DNA of 64,000 bases from an uncultured delta proteobacterium (GTDB taxonomy: Bacteria; Myxococcota; Myxococcia; Myxococcales; Myxococcaceae): positions 192,001 to 256,000 of the forward strand of contig CAVZMH010000016.1 of assembly GCA_963776345.1 (NCBI GenBank). Direction: 5' to 3'. The notes beneath the pieces are model-generated. The model was not told the origin of the DNA and ran no database searches. It saw only the letters and a list, made by a program, of their open reading frames with translations. Position 1 is the stretch's first letter. Every line of letters begins with the position of its first letter. Of this stretch, positions 10,012-20,200 are shown piece by piece. The position numbers were made by a program, and so were the translations under genes.

Positions 10012-11394
10012 TCAGGCGGAGTCGCTCTCGCGCAGCTGGACCGCGCAGCCGATCTGCAGCTCGAAACGCCCGCGGCGTACCGGACGGATCTGCACCTCGG
10101 GGCACTTCTCCTCCAGCCGCTTCCTCAGGAGGATCAGCCGCGATTCGAGGTTGTCTCGCAGCTCGGGGAGCCCGAGCGAGTCGTCGAGCCGGAGCTCGCG
10201 GTTGCTGAACTCGGTCCGCCCGTTCTCGGCGTGGGCCCGGAGCAGCTTCCAGAGGATCTTCGCCGGGATGTTCCGGATCAGGTACTCGCCGTCGACGAAG
10301 ATGCAATCGTCGTTGCGGAACATCTGGAACACCCGCGTTCGCGGTCCGGCGCCGGGGGTCCGGCTCTCCTCGGCCGCGCCCGGCGGCAGCTCGGCGTCGT
10401 CGTCCGCGCTGGAGGCCCGGTCGATGCCCAGGGCGATCTGGTTGGCGAGGATGTTGAGGAACGTCTCGGTCCAGGCGTCGAACGCGATCGCCTCCCGGCT
10501 CTCCAGCGCCAGCACGCCCACCAGCCGGTCTCCGACCAGCAGCGGGAGCGCGAGCTGGGCCTGTGCGTCGGGCAGCCCGGGCAGAGGGATCTCCGGCGCG
10601 GGCTGGGCGTTGCCGGCGTGCTGCAGCTCGGCGCGGATGGTGCGCCAGTAGCGGAGCTCCGCCCCCACCCCGGCGACCCGCATCGGCCGGCGACGCGCGG
10701 CGACCGTGCCGATCAGTCCCTCGCCGAGGGGGACCTCGGCCCCCACCCCGCCCGAGCCGTACCCGTGGCTGGCGGTGGCGACCAGGTGGCCGCGTTCGTC
10801 GGGGAGGAGCACCATGGAGTGCCGGAAGCCGAGCTGCTCGTCGAGCGCCTGGAGCACGTTCTCCAGCAGCACCTCGAGGCAGCTGGCGCGGTTCACCCGG
10901 TCGGAGATGGCCCGGAGGCTGCGCAGCTCGCGGGCCATCGCGTCGAGCACGCCGGTGGTGGGCTGCGGCCGATCGAGCCGGGGATCGGCGGGGAGGAAGA
11001 ACTCGGTCACCTTCTCCACCGACAGCACCTCGTACACGTCGGCGCAGCGGAGCTTGAACACCCCGAGCATCCCGGTGTGGGAGGCGATGACCTGGAGCCG
11101 CGCCGACATCTCCTCGAACAGCGGGCCCTCGGACTCCGAGTGGTCGAACCGCAGCTGCAGCCGGTACAGGTGGTAGGTGACCGGAGCGAAGACCAGGATG
11201 GTGGCGTGCGGGTTCTCCCGGACGTTGCGCTGGGTCTTGTTGAAGAACTGGTGGGAGAGCGCCACGTGCCGGTCGTCCACCAGATGGACCTGGCTGATCT
11301 CGGTGACGTTGGGCTCGCCCTCGAGCGAGCAGGTGGCCATCATCGCCGGGATGACGCCCTCGAAGCAGGTGGCGATGTCGCGGAGCGCGATCAC
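10012..11394 (-). CDS. PNPOx-like split-barrel + GAF + C-terminal winged-HTH one-component regulator
   Basis: N-terminal CFEGVIPAMMATCS..SHQFFNKT..NVRENP; GAF GEGLIGTVA..LALPLLVGDRLVGVL; C-terminal IFVDGEYLIR..FSNRELRLD..NLESRLILLRKRL. Confidence 0.8.
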   Translation of the reverse strand: MIALRDIATCFEGVIPAMMATCSLEGEPNVTEISQVHLVDDRHVALSHQFFNKTQRNVRENPHATILVFAPVTYHLYRLQLRFDHSESEGPLFEEMSARLQVIASHTGMLGVFKLRCADVYEVLSVEKVTEFFLPADPRLDRPQPTTGVLDAMARELRSLRAISDRVNRASCLEVLLENVLQALDEQLGFRHSMVLLPDERGHLVATASHGYGSGGVGAEVPLGEGLIGTVAARRRPMRVAGVGAELRYWRTIRAELQHAGNAQPAPEIPLPGLPDAQAQLALPLLVGDRLVGVLALESREAIAFDAWTETFLNILANQIALGIDRASSADDDAELPPGAAEESRTPGAGPRTRVFQMFRNDDCIFVDGEYLIRNIPAKILWKLLRAHAENGRTEFSNRELRLDDSLGLPELRDNLESRLILLRKRLEEKCPEVQIRPVRRGRFELQIGCAVQLRESDSA

Positions 11395-11884
11395 GTCCCC
11401 TGCCCCGGCGTCCGCAACGGCCCCTGGAACGGCTGCCCGGCGGCCGGGCCGGGCGTCTGCAGGAACATCGCCTCGATCCGGAACCGCACCGCCTGCGCCG
11501 GCCAGACCTGGGTGCGCATGATGAAGGTGGGAGGAACGCCGAGCGGCTCCAGCATCCGGGCCAGCTGCGCCCGGTAGTGGTCCATCAGCGGGCGCTCCTC
11601 GTCGCGCGCGGCGCGGACCTCGAGGACCGCGCCCTTCAGCTGCACGGACCGGTTGTCCTGGGGGTGGCTGGCCACCAGCGCCAGCCGCCGGTTGCTCTCG
11701 AGGTTCCTCAGGTCGGGCCGGCGGTGGCGGTGGCCAGGAACACCGTGACCTCCCGCCCGCCTTCCTCGATCCGGATCCCGGCCGGTCGGACCACCTCCGG
11801 AACCAGCCGGTCGTCCCGGCTGGCGGCGCCGAGGATGAGGCCAGAGGTGAGGAACTCGCCGAGGGCGGCGTCGATCGAGACCAC
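11391..11884 (-). CDS. Pyridoxamine 5'-phosphate oxidase-like FMN-binding protein; one-base deletion near 11711
   Basis: Manual translation from GTG 11884 (VSIDAALGEFLTSGLILGAASRD..) joins NLESNRRLALVASHPQDNRSVQLKG..FLQTPGPAAG if ACC-TGA is read ACC-CTG-A. Confidence 0.75.
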
Positions 11885-11942
11885 GCGCAGCCGGGCGTTC
11901 TACCCCCCGCGGCGCGGAGCTGTCACCCCACCACCCGTGCGG

Positions 11943-12617
11943 TCAGGACCCGATGTCCAGCCCGACCCGCCGGGCGGTGCTCGCCCAGCGCTCCGGGCCG
12001 AGGACCTCGCGCGCCAGCCCCGAGAGCTGAGCGAAGACCGGCGCCGGCATCTGGGCCCGGGCGGCCGAGAGCATGCTCGCCCGCTCCGGCGTGCTCATGG
12101 CCGGGAGCATGAGCCGCATCATCACCGGCATCCGCTCCGGGGGGACGGCGGCGCGGATCCGCGCGTCCATGGCGTCGAGCTCCTCGTCCGTCCGGTGGGC
12201 CCAGAGAACCGCCATGGCCTCGGTCTCCTCCCGGTCCATGTGGCGCAGGTGGTCGGCCACCAGCAGGGTCAGGGCGCGGCCGAGGAGCTGGCCGGCGGCG
12301 TCGCGCTCGGCGGCCACGTCGGAGCGGGTCCGGGGCAGCAGCGCCCGGATCTCGGCCTGGAGGCCCTCGAGCCGCCCGTGGTCCGCCTCGAGCGACGCGA
12401 CGAGCGCCGGGGCGTGAGCGGACAGCTCGGGGAGGACGAACTCCTCCTCGTGGTGAGCGTGCGAGTCCAGGAGGTCGAGCAGGGTCGCCACGGTCCTCGC
12501 GGCGACCTCCGCCTCGCCCTGGTGGGCGAACTCGGTGCGGGCCACCAGGGCGGTGGCGTCGAACATCGCGGCGCGGAGCGCCTTGTGGATGGGCAGGAAA
12601 CGGTTCGGTCGGTTCAT
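11943..12617 (-). CDS. Hemerythrin-like (HHE) domain protein
   Basis: IHKALR, HAHHEE, EADH, HLRHMDREE metal-ligand pattern. Confidence 0.82.
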   Translation of the reverse strand: MNRPNRFLPIHKALRAAMFDATALVARTEFAHQGEAEVAARTVATLLDLLDSHAHHEEEFVLPELSAHAPALVASLEADHGRLEGLQAEIRALLPRTRSDVAAERDAAGQLLGRALTLLVADHLRHMDREETEAMAVLWAHRTDEELDAMDARIRAAVPPERMPVMMRLMLPAMSTPERASMLSAARAQMPAPVFAQLSGLAREVLGPERWASTARRVGLDIGS

Positions 12618-12654
12618 GACCGAACCATGTGCCAGCTCCGGGGGCGTCCCGGAG

Positions 12655-12682
12655 CCTAAGACTTCCCTAATTCGGTCCTACC
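12655..12682. promoter_or_regulatory. Three CCTA(A) direct repeats at 11-bp spacing upstream of the hemerythrin gene
   Basis: CCTAAG 12655, CCTAAT 12666, CCTACC 12677; one-helical-turn spacing typical of winged-HTH sites. Confidence 0.5.
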
Positions 12683-12718
12683 GACCGACCGAGCCGGCCC
12701 GCGCGAGCGGACCGAACG

Positions 12719-13846
12719 CTAGAAACGGGCCCGGAAGCCCACCGCGACGCGCCCCGAGAGCACCAGCGCGCTGGTCTCGGTCGACGGGCTCGAGGGGTCC
12801 TCCAGGAGATCCCACTGGGCGCTTCCGGAGACCCAGACCGTCCAGGTCGGGCCGATGCGCAGCGTGACCCGCAGGCCGGCCACCTGGGCCTGACCCAGCC
12901 CGGACGCGTACTGGAGGAACTGGTACCAGGGGCCGAGGCTCCACCTGCCGACCCGCTGCTCGAGGTTGGGGCTGATGGACCAGCGCACCGGGGCGAGCGG
13001 GAACCCGGCACCGAGCGAGTCGGCGGCCGCCGCGTTCGCCCGCGCAGTGAAGAACACCGCCGCCGCCGGATCCTGGTCGTAGCCGTAGTAGCTGCCGCTC
13101 AGACCGAGGTCGGTGTTCGGTCCCAGTGGCTGGAGCAGCGAGAGCGAGACGCTGAGCTGGTTGAGGCTGTCCTCGCCGCCCTTCAGGTAGGGCGCGAGGA
13201 TCCGGCAGCCCCGGCTCGTGGGCACCAGGCGGCACAGCGCCAGGAGGGCGCTCCGGCTCACCGGCTGCTGGTTGGCGCTGACGATGGCATCGACGCGCTG
13301 CTGGGTGGTGAGCAGGGTCCAGCCGAGACTCAGGTCGATGACCAGTCCCCCGATCACCGTCCCGAGGAACTCGTTTCCGCCGACGACGAACGTGACTCCG
13401 CCCATCACCCCCACGCTCGAGCTGGCGTTGAACAGCAGCACGTCCGTCGGGGGGAGCTCGAGACCGCCCGGGGTGACGAGCGGCAGGGCCGCGTCGAAGG
13501 TCTGGCTCGCCCGGGGCGACGCGGAGGCGTCCAGGTAGACGGTGACGCGCGGAGAGGTGTCCCACTCCAGCCCGCCCACCGCGGTGAGGATCTGCGCGCT
13601 GCTGGAGCCGAACGCCGCGCCCGTGGCCGGGGGCGTCTCGGTGTCGTAGGTGTACGTGCCGCCGATCTTCAGGCTCCAGTCCTGGTCGAGGTCGAAGCGA
13701 AAGGTCAGCTGGTCGGCCACGTGCGGGCCGTGAGGCGAGGCCGGGGTGTTCTCGCTCAACCCCAGCGCCAGCTCGTTGCTGACCGAGTGCGCCCGGACCG
13801 GACTGGCGACGAGCAACAGGAGCACCAGCAGCCGTCGGACGCGCAT
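12719..13846 (-). CDS. Hypothetical exported protein, probable outer-membrane beta-barrel
   Basis: Signal peptide MRVRRLLVLLLLVASPVRA; alternating hydrophobic strands; ends VAVGFRARF. Confidence 0.7.
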   Translation of the reverse strand: MRVRRLLVLLLLVASPVRAHSVSNELALGLSENTPASPHGPHVADQLTFRFDLDQDWSLKIGGTYTYDTETPPATGAAFGSSSAQILTAVGGLEWDTSPRVTVYLDASASPRASQTFDAALPLVTPGGLELPPTDVLLFNASSSVGVMGGVTFVVGGNEFLGTVIGGLVIDLSLGWTLLTTQQRVDAIVSANQQPVSRSALLALCRLVPTSRGCRILAPYLKGGEDSLNQLSVSLSLLQPLGPNTDLGLSGSYYGYDQDPAAAVFFTARANAAAADSLGAGFPLAPVRWSISPNLEQRVGRWSLGPWYQFLQYASGLGQAQVAGLRVTLRIGPTWTVWVSGSAQWDLLEDPSSPSTETSALVLSGRVAVGFRARF

Positions 13847-13992
13847 CACCGGACCCCGCAAGGTTGCACAGGAAGGATGGAACCCGGGAAGTGGGTCCCA
13901 GGTCTCGCCGGCGAGTGGCGGGTGGGGGTGGGTGGGAGGCGACGCCCCGAAGTTGTGCCGCGCCCCCACCCGCGCTACTGATGGAGGTGATC

Positions 13993-14372
13993 GTGACCCG
14001 CGCCGTGCTCAGCGCCGTGCTGCTCCTCGCCGTCGTCGCCCAGGCGGCGAGCGCGGTGCATGCGGCGGCGTGTCCCGATGATCGCCCGCGCCGCCAGCGT
14101 GGAGCAGTCGGGGTGCGAGCACTGCCCTCCTCCGGCGCCTGACGTCACCCTTCGGCCTGCCCTGCCCGAGTGCTGCGCCCTCCACGCGGCGACGGTCGAG
14201 ACGCCGGTGTCCGAGCCGGTCCGTGCGTCGCATCCCGCCTCCAGCGTGGCGCTCGCTCCACCGCGCGTCGTCGCCAGCCCGGTGGCCGTGCCGCTCGCTC
14301 GCTGCCGCGGTGCCCGCGTCGCACGCGCCCGCCCCGCCGCCGCCTCCCAGGAACCTCCCGCTGCTCTCGTGA
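13993..14372 (+). CDS. Cys-rich, Pro-tailed leader ORF upstream of cusCBA (reconstructed across two apparent frameshifts)
   Basis: Signal-like TRAVLSAVLLLAVVAQAASA, then CPM..GCEHC..PECC, then AVPASHAPAPPPPPRNLPLLS* in successive frames. Confidence 0.55.
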
Positions 14373-14506
14373 GAACGGGGCGCCGCTCCCGGCGCTCCGT
14401 CCCTCCCCTCGGCGTGGATATCCGCCGCGGGGCCCGTCCTCCGTGACCGCCCGACCGCGGCGAGCCCCGGACGTCGTCTCACTCCCCAGCCCGCGGAGGC
14501 TCCGCC

Positions 14507-15898
14507 GTGCCCTCGCTCCTCTGTCTCGTCGTGCTCCAGCTCACCCGGGCCACACCCGGGGACAGCGCCGTTCCCACCCTCCTCGAGTCCGGTCCGCCGG
14601 ATCCGGTCCTCTCCGCGCTGGTCGCCGACACGCTGGCCCGGAGCCCGGATCACGCCCGCGCCCAGGCCGAGGTCTCCGCCGAGCGCGAACGCGTGCCCCA
14701 GGCCGGCGCCCTGGCCGACCCGACGCTGGTCCTCGGCATCCAGAACGATGGCTTCAAGGGCATCCAGATCGGCGTCGAGCCGACCAGCTTCTGGCAGGTG
14801 CTGATCAACGTCCCCCTCTCCTGGCCGGGAAAGCGCGGCTTCCGGGAGGACGCGGCCGCGGCGCGGGTCACCGTCGCCGAGGCGGCGCTGCAGCGGGTGC
14901 GGCTGACGCTGCTCGGCGAGGTGGAGCGGGCCTACCTCGACCTCCGCCTGGTCCGGGGTCAGCTCGCGCTCCAGGGTCGGCTGGAGTCGCTCTGGCAGCA
15001 GGCCGAGGAGATCGCCCGCGCCCGGTACCAGGTGGGGGAGGCGCCCCAGTCCGACCTGCTGCGGGCGCAGCTCGAGCGGACCCGGCTGCGGCTCCAGCGG
15101 CTGGCGCTCGAGGCCGGCGAGCGGGCCGCGCTCCAGGAGCTCAACCGGCTCCGGGTCCATCCGCTGGACGAGCCCATCGACACCCCGGTCTCGCTGGTCG
15201 ATTCGCGGCCCGGCCCCCTTGCCGCAGCGGAGCTCCTGCTGGCCGACGCCGAGGCCCGGAGCCCCGACCTGGCGCTCGCCGCCCAGAGCGCGGTCGTGGC
15301 CGAGGCGAAGGTGAAGAGCGCCTACCGTGAACGCTGGCCGGATCTCTCGGTCACCGCGGCGATCATGCCCCGCGGCGGGCTCGAGCCGATGTGGGCGGCG
15401 AGCGTCGGTCTCTCGCTGCCCATCTACTGGTGGGACAAGGGCTCGCGCGCGGTGAACGAGGCCGAGCACACGCGGACGGCCGAGCAGCAGGGCGCCGAGG
15501 CGGTGCGCCAGCTGCTCGCGCTGCGCACCCGCGAACGCCACACCGCGCTGTCGGCGGTTCTCGACGCGCTCGAGGTGTACCGCCACGGCCTGCTGGTCCA
15601 GTCCGACGCCACGGTTCGCTCCACCCTCTTCCAGTACCGGGTGGGCAAGGTTCCCTTCGCCTCGGTGCTGGAGGTGATGCGCGGGCTGGTCACGGACGAG
15701 GGCGGTTACCTCTCGACCCTCGCCGATGCCGAGCGGCTGCTGATCGCCCTGCGCGAGGTCAGCCTGGAGTCGCCGTCCACCGCGGGCGCGGCCTCGTCCG
15801 GAGGCGGCACGGTCCCGGGGGCCTCGGCTCCGAGCGCAGCACGACCCTCCTCCCGAGCGGGCGGTACCCCCGCCCCCGCCTCCGCGCCCGGAATGTGA
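14507..15898 (+). CDS. TolC-family outer membrane factor of heavy-metal efflux (CusC-like)
   Basis: PQAGALADP, PLSWPGKR, RYQVGEAPQSDLLRAQLE repeat architecture; first gene of the RND trio. Confidence 0.88.
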   Translation: MPSLLCLVVLQLTRATPGDSAVPTLLESGPPDPVLSALVADTLARSPDHARAQAEVSAERERVPQAGALADPTLVLGIQNDGFKGIQIGVEPTSFWQVLINVPLSWPGKRGFREDAAAARVTVAEAALQRVRLTLLGEVERAYLDLRLVRGQLALQGRLESLWQQAEEIARARYQVGEAPQSDLLRAQLERTRLRLQRLALEAGERAALQELNRLRVHPLDEPIDTPVSLVDSRPGPLAAAELLLADAEARSPDLALAAQSAVVAEAKVKSAYRERWPDLSVTAAIMPRGGLEPMWAASVGLSLPIYWWDKGSRAVNEAEHTRTAEQQGAEAVRQLLALRTRERHTALSAVLDALEVYRHGLLVQSDATVRSTLFQYRVGKVPFASVLEVMRGLVTDEGGYLSTLADAERLLIALREVSLESPSTAGAASSGGGTVPGASAPSAARPSSRAGGTPAPASAPGM

Positions 15899-15909
15899 AG
15901 GAGCCCTCC

Positions 15910-17292
15910 ATGAGCACCCGTCGCTTCGGACCGCTGGTCCTCGCCATCGCCCTCCTGCTCGGAGTCGCCGCCGGAGTGGGGGGCGCAGCGCTCGTCATCC
16001 GCCGCCCGGCCCCGCCCGCGCCGGCCGTCGCCAGCGCGCCCCACCACACCACCTACGTCTGCCCGATGCATCCCAGCATCACCTCGGACAAGCCGGGCGA
16101 GTGCCCCATCTGCGGCATGCAGCTGGTGGCCGCGAGCGCCCCCGCCGCCGAGCGCAAGCTCCTCTTCTACCGCTCGCCGATGGACCCGAAGCAGACCTCG
16201 CCCACGCCCAGGAAGGACGAGATGGGCATGGACTACGTCCCGGTCTACTCGGACGAGGTCGGCGGTGGGGCGCCCTCGATCGCCGGCCTGGCCACGGTGG
16301 GCATCGATCCGCAGCGCCAGCAGCTCATCGGGCTCCGCACCGCCCCGGTGGTGGCGGGCCCAGTGGGGGGCAGCTGGCGCACGGTGGGCCGCGTCGCGGT
16401 GGACGAGACGCGGGTGCACCACGTGGCGCTGAAGTTCTCCGGCTTCATCGAGGAGGTCTTCGTCGACTACGTGGGCAAGCAGGTCCACGCCGGCGAGCCG
16501 CTGTTCAGCATCTACAGCCCGGACGTGGTCTCGGCGGAGGACGAGTACCTGCTCGCGCTGCGCACCCGGGCCTCGCTCGGGGCCGGCGCGGCGCAGGCGG
16601 GGGAGGACCTGGTCGCGGCGGCCCGGGACCGGCTGAAGCTCTGGGACATCCCGGAGCAGGAGATCCGGCGGCTGGAGCGCACCGGGAAGGCGCAGCGGAC
16701 CGTCACCCTCTACGCACCGATGAGCGGGGTGGTCACCAAGAAGGACGCGGTGATGGGGCACCGGGTGGTCGAGGGCGACATGCCCTACGAGATCACCGAC
16801 CTGAGCCAGGTCTGGGTGCTGGCCGACGCCTACGAGACCGACCTCGGCCGGGTGAAGCTCGGGACGCCCGCATCGCTCACCCTCCAGGCGTTCCCGGGCA
16901 AGGAGTTCCAGGGAAAGGTCATCTTCATCGACCCCATCATGGACCCCAAGACGCGCACCGCGAAGGTGCGGCTCGCCTTCCCCAACCCCACCGGGGAGCT
17001 GCGGCCGGAGATGTTTGGCGAGGTGACGCTCCGGACGCCGGCGCGCGAGGGGCTCAGCATCCCCAACGACGCGATCATCGACTCGGGGACGCGGAAGGTG
17101 GTCTTCGTCTCGCTCGGGGAAGGAAAGTTCCGGCCGCGCGAGGTGAAGATCGGAGCGAGCGACGGAGAGCGCTCCGAGGTCCTCGAGGGGCTCTCGGCCG
17201 GCGACCAGGTGGTCACCCGGGCCAACTTCCTGGTGGACTCCGAGTCGCGGCTGCGCGCATCGCTCGGCGCGCTCGAGGGTGCGGGCAAGTGA
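15910..17292 (+). CDS. cusB: RND periplasmic adaptor with heavy-metal-binding motifs
   Basis: YVCPMHP..CPICGMQL and YRSPMDP..KDEMGMDYVPVY; LRPEMF; NFLVDSES. Confidence 0.88.
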   Translation: MSTRRFGPLVLAIALLLGVAAGVGGAALVIRRPAPPAPAVASAPHHTTYVCPMHPSITSDKPGECPICGMQLVAASAPAAERKLLFYRSPMDPKQTSPTPRKDEMGMDYVPVYSDEVGGGAPSIAGLATVGIDPQRQQLIGLRTAPVVAGPVGGSWRTVGRVAVDETRVHHVALKFSGFIEEVFVDYVGKQVHAGEPLFSIYSPDVVSAEDEYLLALRTRASLGAGAAQAGEDLVAAARDRLKLWDIPEQEIRRLERTGKAQRTVTLYAPMSGVVTKKDAVMGHRVVEGDMPYEITDLSQVWVLADAYETDLGRVKLGTPASLTLQAFPGKEFQGKVIFIDPIMDPKTRTAKVRLAFPNPTGELRPEMFGEVTLRTPAREGLSIPNDAIIDSGTRKVVFVSLGEGKFRPREVKIGASDGERSEVLEGLSAGDQVVTRANFLVDSESRLRASLGALEGAGK

Positions 17293-20200
17293 TCCGCCGG
17301 CTGATCCGCTTCTCGGCCGAGCAGCGCTGGGTGGTTCTCACCTGCGCGGTGGTGCTGCTCGCCATCTCCTTCTGGACGATGCGCACCATCCCGCTGGACG
17401 CGCTGCCCGACCTCTCGGACACGCAGGTCATCGTCTACTCGCGGTGGGACCGGAGCCCCGACATCCTCGAGGACCAGGTCACCTACCCCATCACCGCCGC
17501 GCTGCTCGGCACCCCGCGGGTCAAGGCCATCCGCGGCTTCTCCGATTTTGGATACTCGTTCGTCTACGTGATCTTCGAGGACGGGACCGACCCCTACTGG
17601 GCCCGGACCCGGGTGCTCGAGTACCTGTCGAAGATCACCTCGCAGCTCCCGCCGGGGGTGAAGACCGAGCTCGGACCGGACGCGACCAGCGTCGGCTGGG
17701 TCTTCCAGTACGCACTGGTCGACCGGAGCGGGAAGCACAGCTCGGACGAGCTGCGCAGCTTCCAGGACTGGTTCCTCCGCTACGCGCTGCAGGCCGTGCC
17801 CGGAGTGTCCGAGATCGCCACCGTCGGCGGCCAGGTGCGGCAGTACCAGATCACCGTCAACCCGAACGCGCTGGCCTCGTACCGGATCCCGCTGGACGCG
17901 GTCATCCAGGCGGTGCGGCGCGGGAACAACGACGTGGGGGGCCGGCTGGTCGAGATCTCCGGCCGCGAGTACATGGTCCGCGGCCGGGGCTACGTGAAGT
18001 CCACCCACGACCTCGAATCGCTGGTCCTCCGCACCGAGAAGGGCACGCCGATCACCGTGAAGGACGTGGCGCAGGTGACGCTCGGCCCGGAGATGCGGCG
18101 AGGCGTGGCAGACCTCGACGGCCAGGGCGACGTGGTGGGCGGCATCGTGGTCATGCGGCAGGGTGAGAACGCGCTCTCGGTCATCGAGCGGGTCAAGTCC
18201 AAGCTCGCCGAGCTGAAGCCCTCGCTCCCCCCGGGGGTGGAGGTGGTGACGACCTACGACCGGTCCATCCTCATCGACCGGGCGATCGAGACGGTCCGGA
18301 GCAAGCTCATCGAGGAGATCATCATCGTCAGCCTGGTGATCCTGATCTTCCTCTGGCACGTGCCCTCGGCCATCGTGCCCATCATCACCATCCCGGTGTC
18401 GGTGGCGCTGGCCTTCATCCCGATGAAGCTCTTCGGGCTGAACGCCAATCTCATGTCGCTGGCCGGGATCGCCATCTCCATCGGCGTGCTGGTCGATGGG
18501 GCGATCGTCGAGGTGGAGAACGCCTACAACAAGATCCAGCACTGGCAGGCGGCGGGCAGTCCGGGGAGCTTCCACGACGTCCGGCTCGCGGCGCTGATGG
18601 AGGTGGGCCCGAGCGTCTTCTTCTCGCTCCTGGTCATCGCGGTGGCGTTCCTCCCGGTCTTCACCCTGGTCGATCAGGAGGGGCGGCTGTTCCGTCCCCT
18701 CGCCTTCTCCAAGAACTTCGCCATGGCCATCGCCGCGGTGCTGGCGGTGACGGTGGATCCGGCGCTGCGGATGCTCTTCGCCCGGATCGAGCCGTTCCAC
18801 TTCCGGCCGCGCGCCTTGAGCTGGCTTGCCAGCGGACTCCTCGTCGGGACCTACCATCCCGAGCAGCGCCACCCCATCAGCAGGCTGCTCCACCGCGTGT
18901 ACGAGGGGCCCTGCCGATTCGTGCTCCGGCACGCGGGGGCCACCGTCGTGGCCAGCGTCGTGCTCGTCGCGCTCACCGTTCCCGTCTACCTCCGGCTCGG
19001 CTCGGAGTTCATGCCGCCCCTCGACGAGGGGACCATCCTCTACATGCCCTCGGCGGTGCAGCCCGGCATGTCGGTGGCCGAGGCCCAGGCGGCGCTCCAG
19101 CTGCAGAGCAAGCTGCTCCGCACCTTCCCCGAGGTGGAGCGGGTCTTCGGCAAGGCCGGCCGGGCGACCACCTCCACCGACCCCGCGCCGCTGTCGATGA
19201 TGGAGACCACGGTGACGCTCAAGCCACGCTCGCAGTGGCGGGAGGCGCCGCGCTGGTACTCGGGCTGGGCGCCCGGCTGGCTGAAGGCGCTGTTCCGGCC
19301 CATCTGGGACGACCGGATCAGCGAGGCCGAGCTGCGCGCCGAGATGGACGCCGCGCTCCGGCTCCCCGGCATCTCCAACGCCTGGACCATGCCCATCAAG
19401 GGGCGGCTGGACATGCTCTCCACCGGCATCCGGACCCCGATCGGGATCAAGATCTCCGGCGCCAACCTGGAGGAGATCCAGAAGGTCGCGGTGGCCACCG
19501 AGGCGGCTCTCTCCAAGGTTTCGGGGACGCGAAGCGTCTATGCCGAACGCGTGTCCGAGGGCTTCTTCCTCGACTTCGTCCTCAAGCGCGACCGCCTCGC
19601 CCGCTACGGGCTCAGCATCGACGACGCCAACGCCATGGTGCTCACCGCGGTGGGCGGCGAGGAGCAGGGCGTCACCGTGGAGGGGCGCGAGCGGTACGGC
19701 ATCAACGTCCGGTACGCGCGCGACTACCGCGAGGACCTCTCGGCACTGCGCCGGGTGCTTCTCCCGCTGCCGCAGGGCGGGCAGATCCCGATGGAGGAGA
19801 TCGCCGACGTGGGGCTGGTCCAGGGCCCGTCGATGATCCGCAACGAGAACGGGCTGCTCGCCGGCTACGTCTACGTGGACTTCGACACCTCGAAGGTGGA
19901 CATCGGCAGCTACGTGGATCGGGCGAAGGAGGCGGTGGCCGCCGCGGTGCAAGTCCCGCCCGGATACTCGATGTCCTGGAGCGGCCAGTACGAGAACATG
20001 CTCCGGGTCCGCGAGCGGCTGAAGTTCATCGTCCCGGTGACACTGTTCCTCATCTTCGGGCTGCTGTACGTGAACACGCGCTCGGGGGTGAAGGCGGGCA
20101 TCGTGCTGCTCGCGGTCCCGTTCTCGGCCATCGGCGCGGTGTGGCTGCTCTGGATGCTCGGGTACAACGTGTCGATCGCGGTCTGGGTGGGGATGATCGC

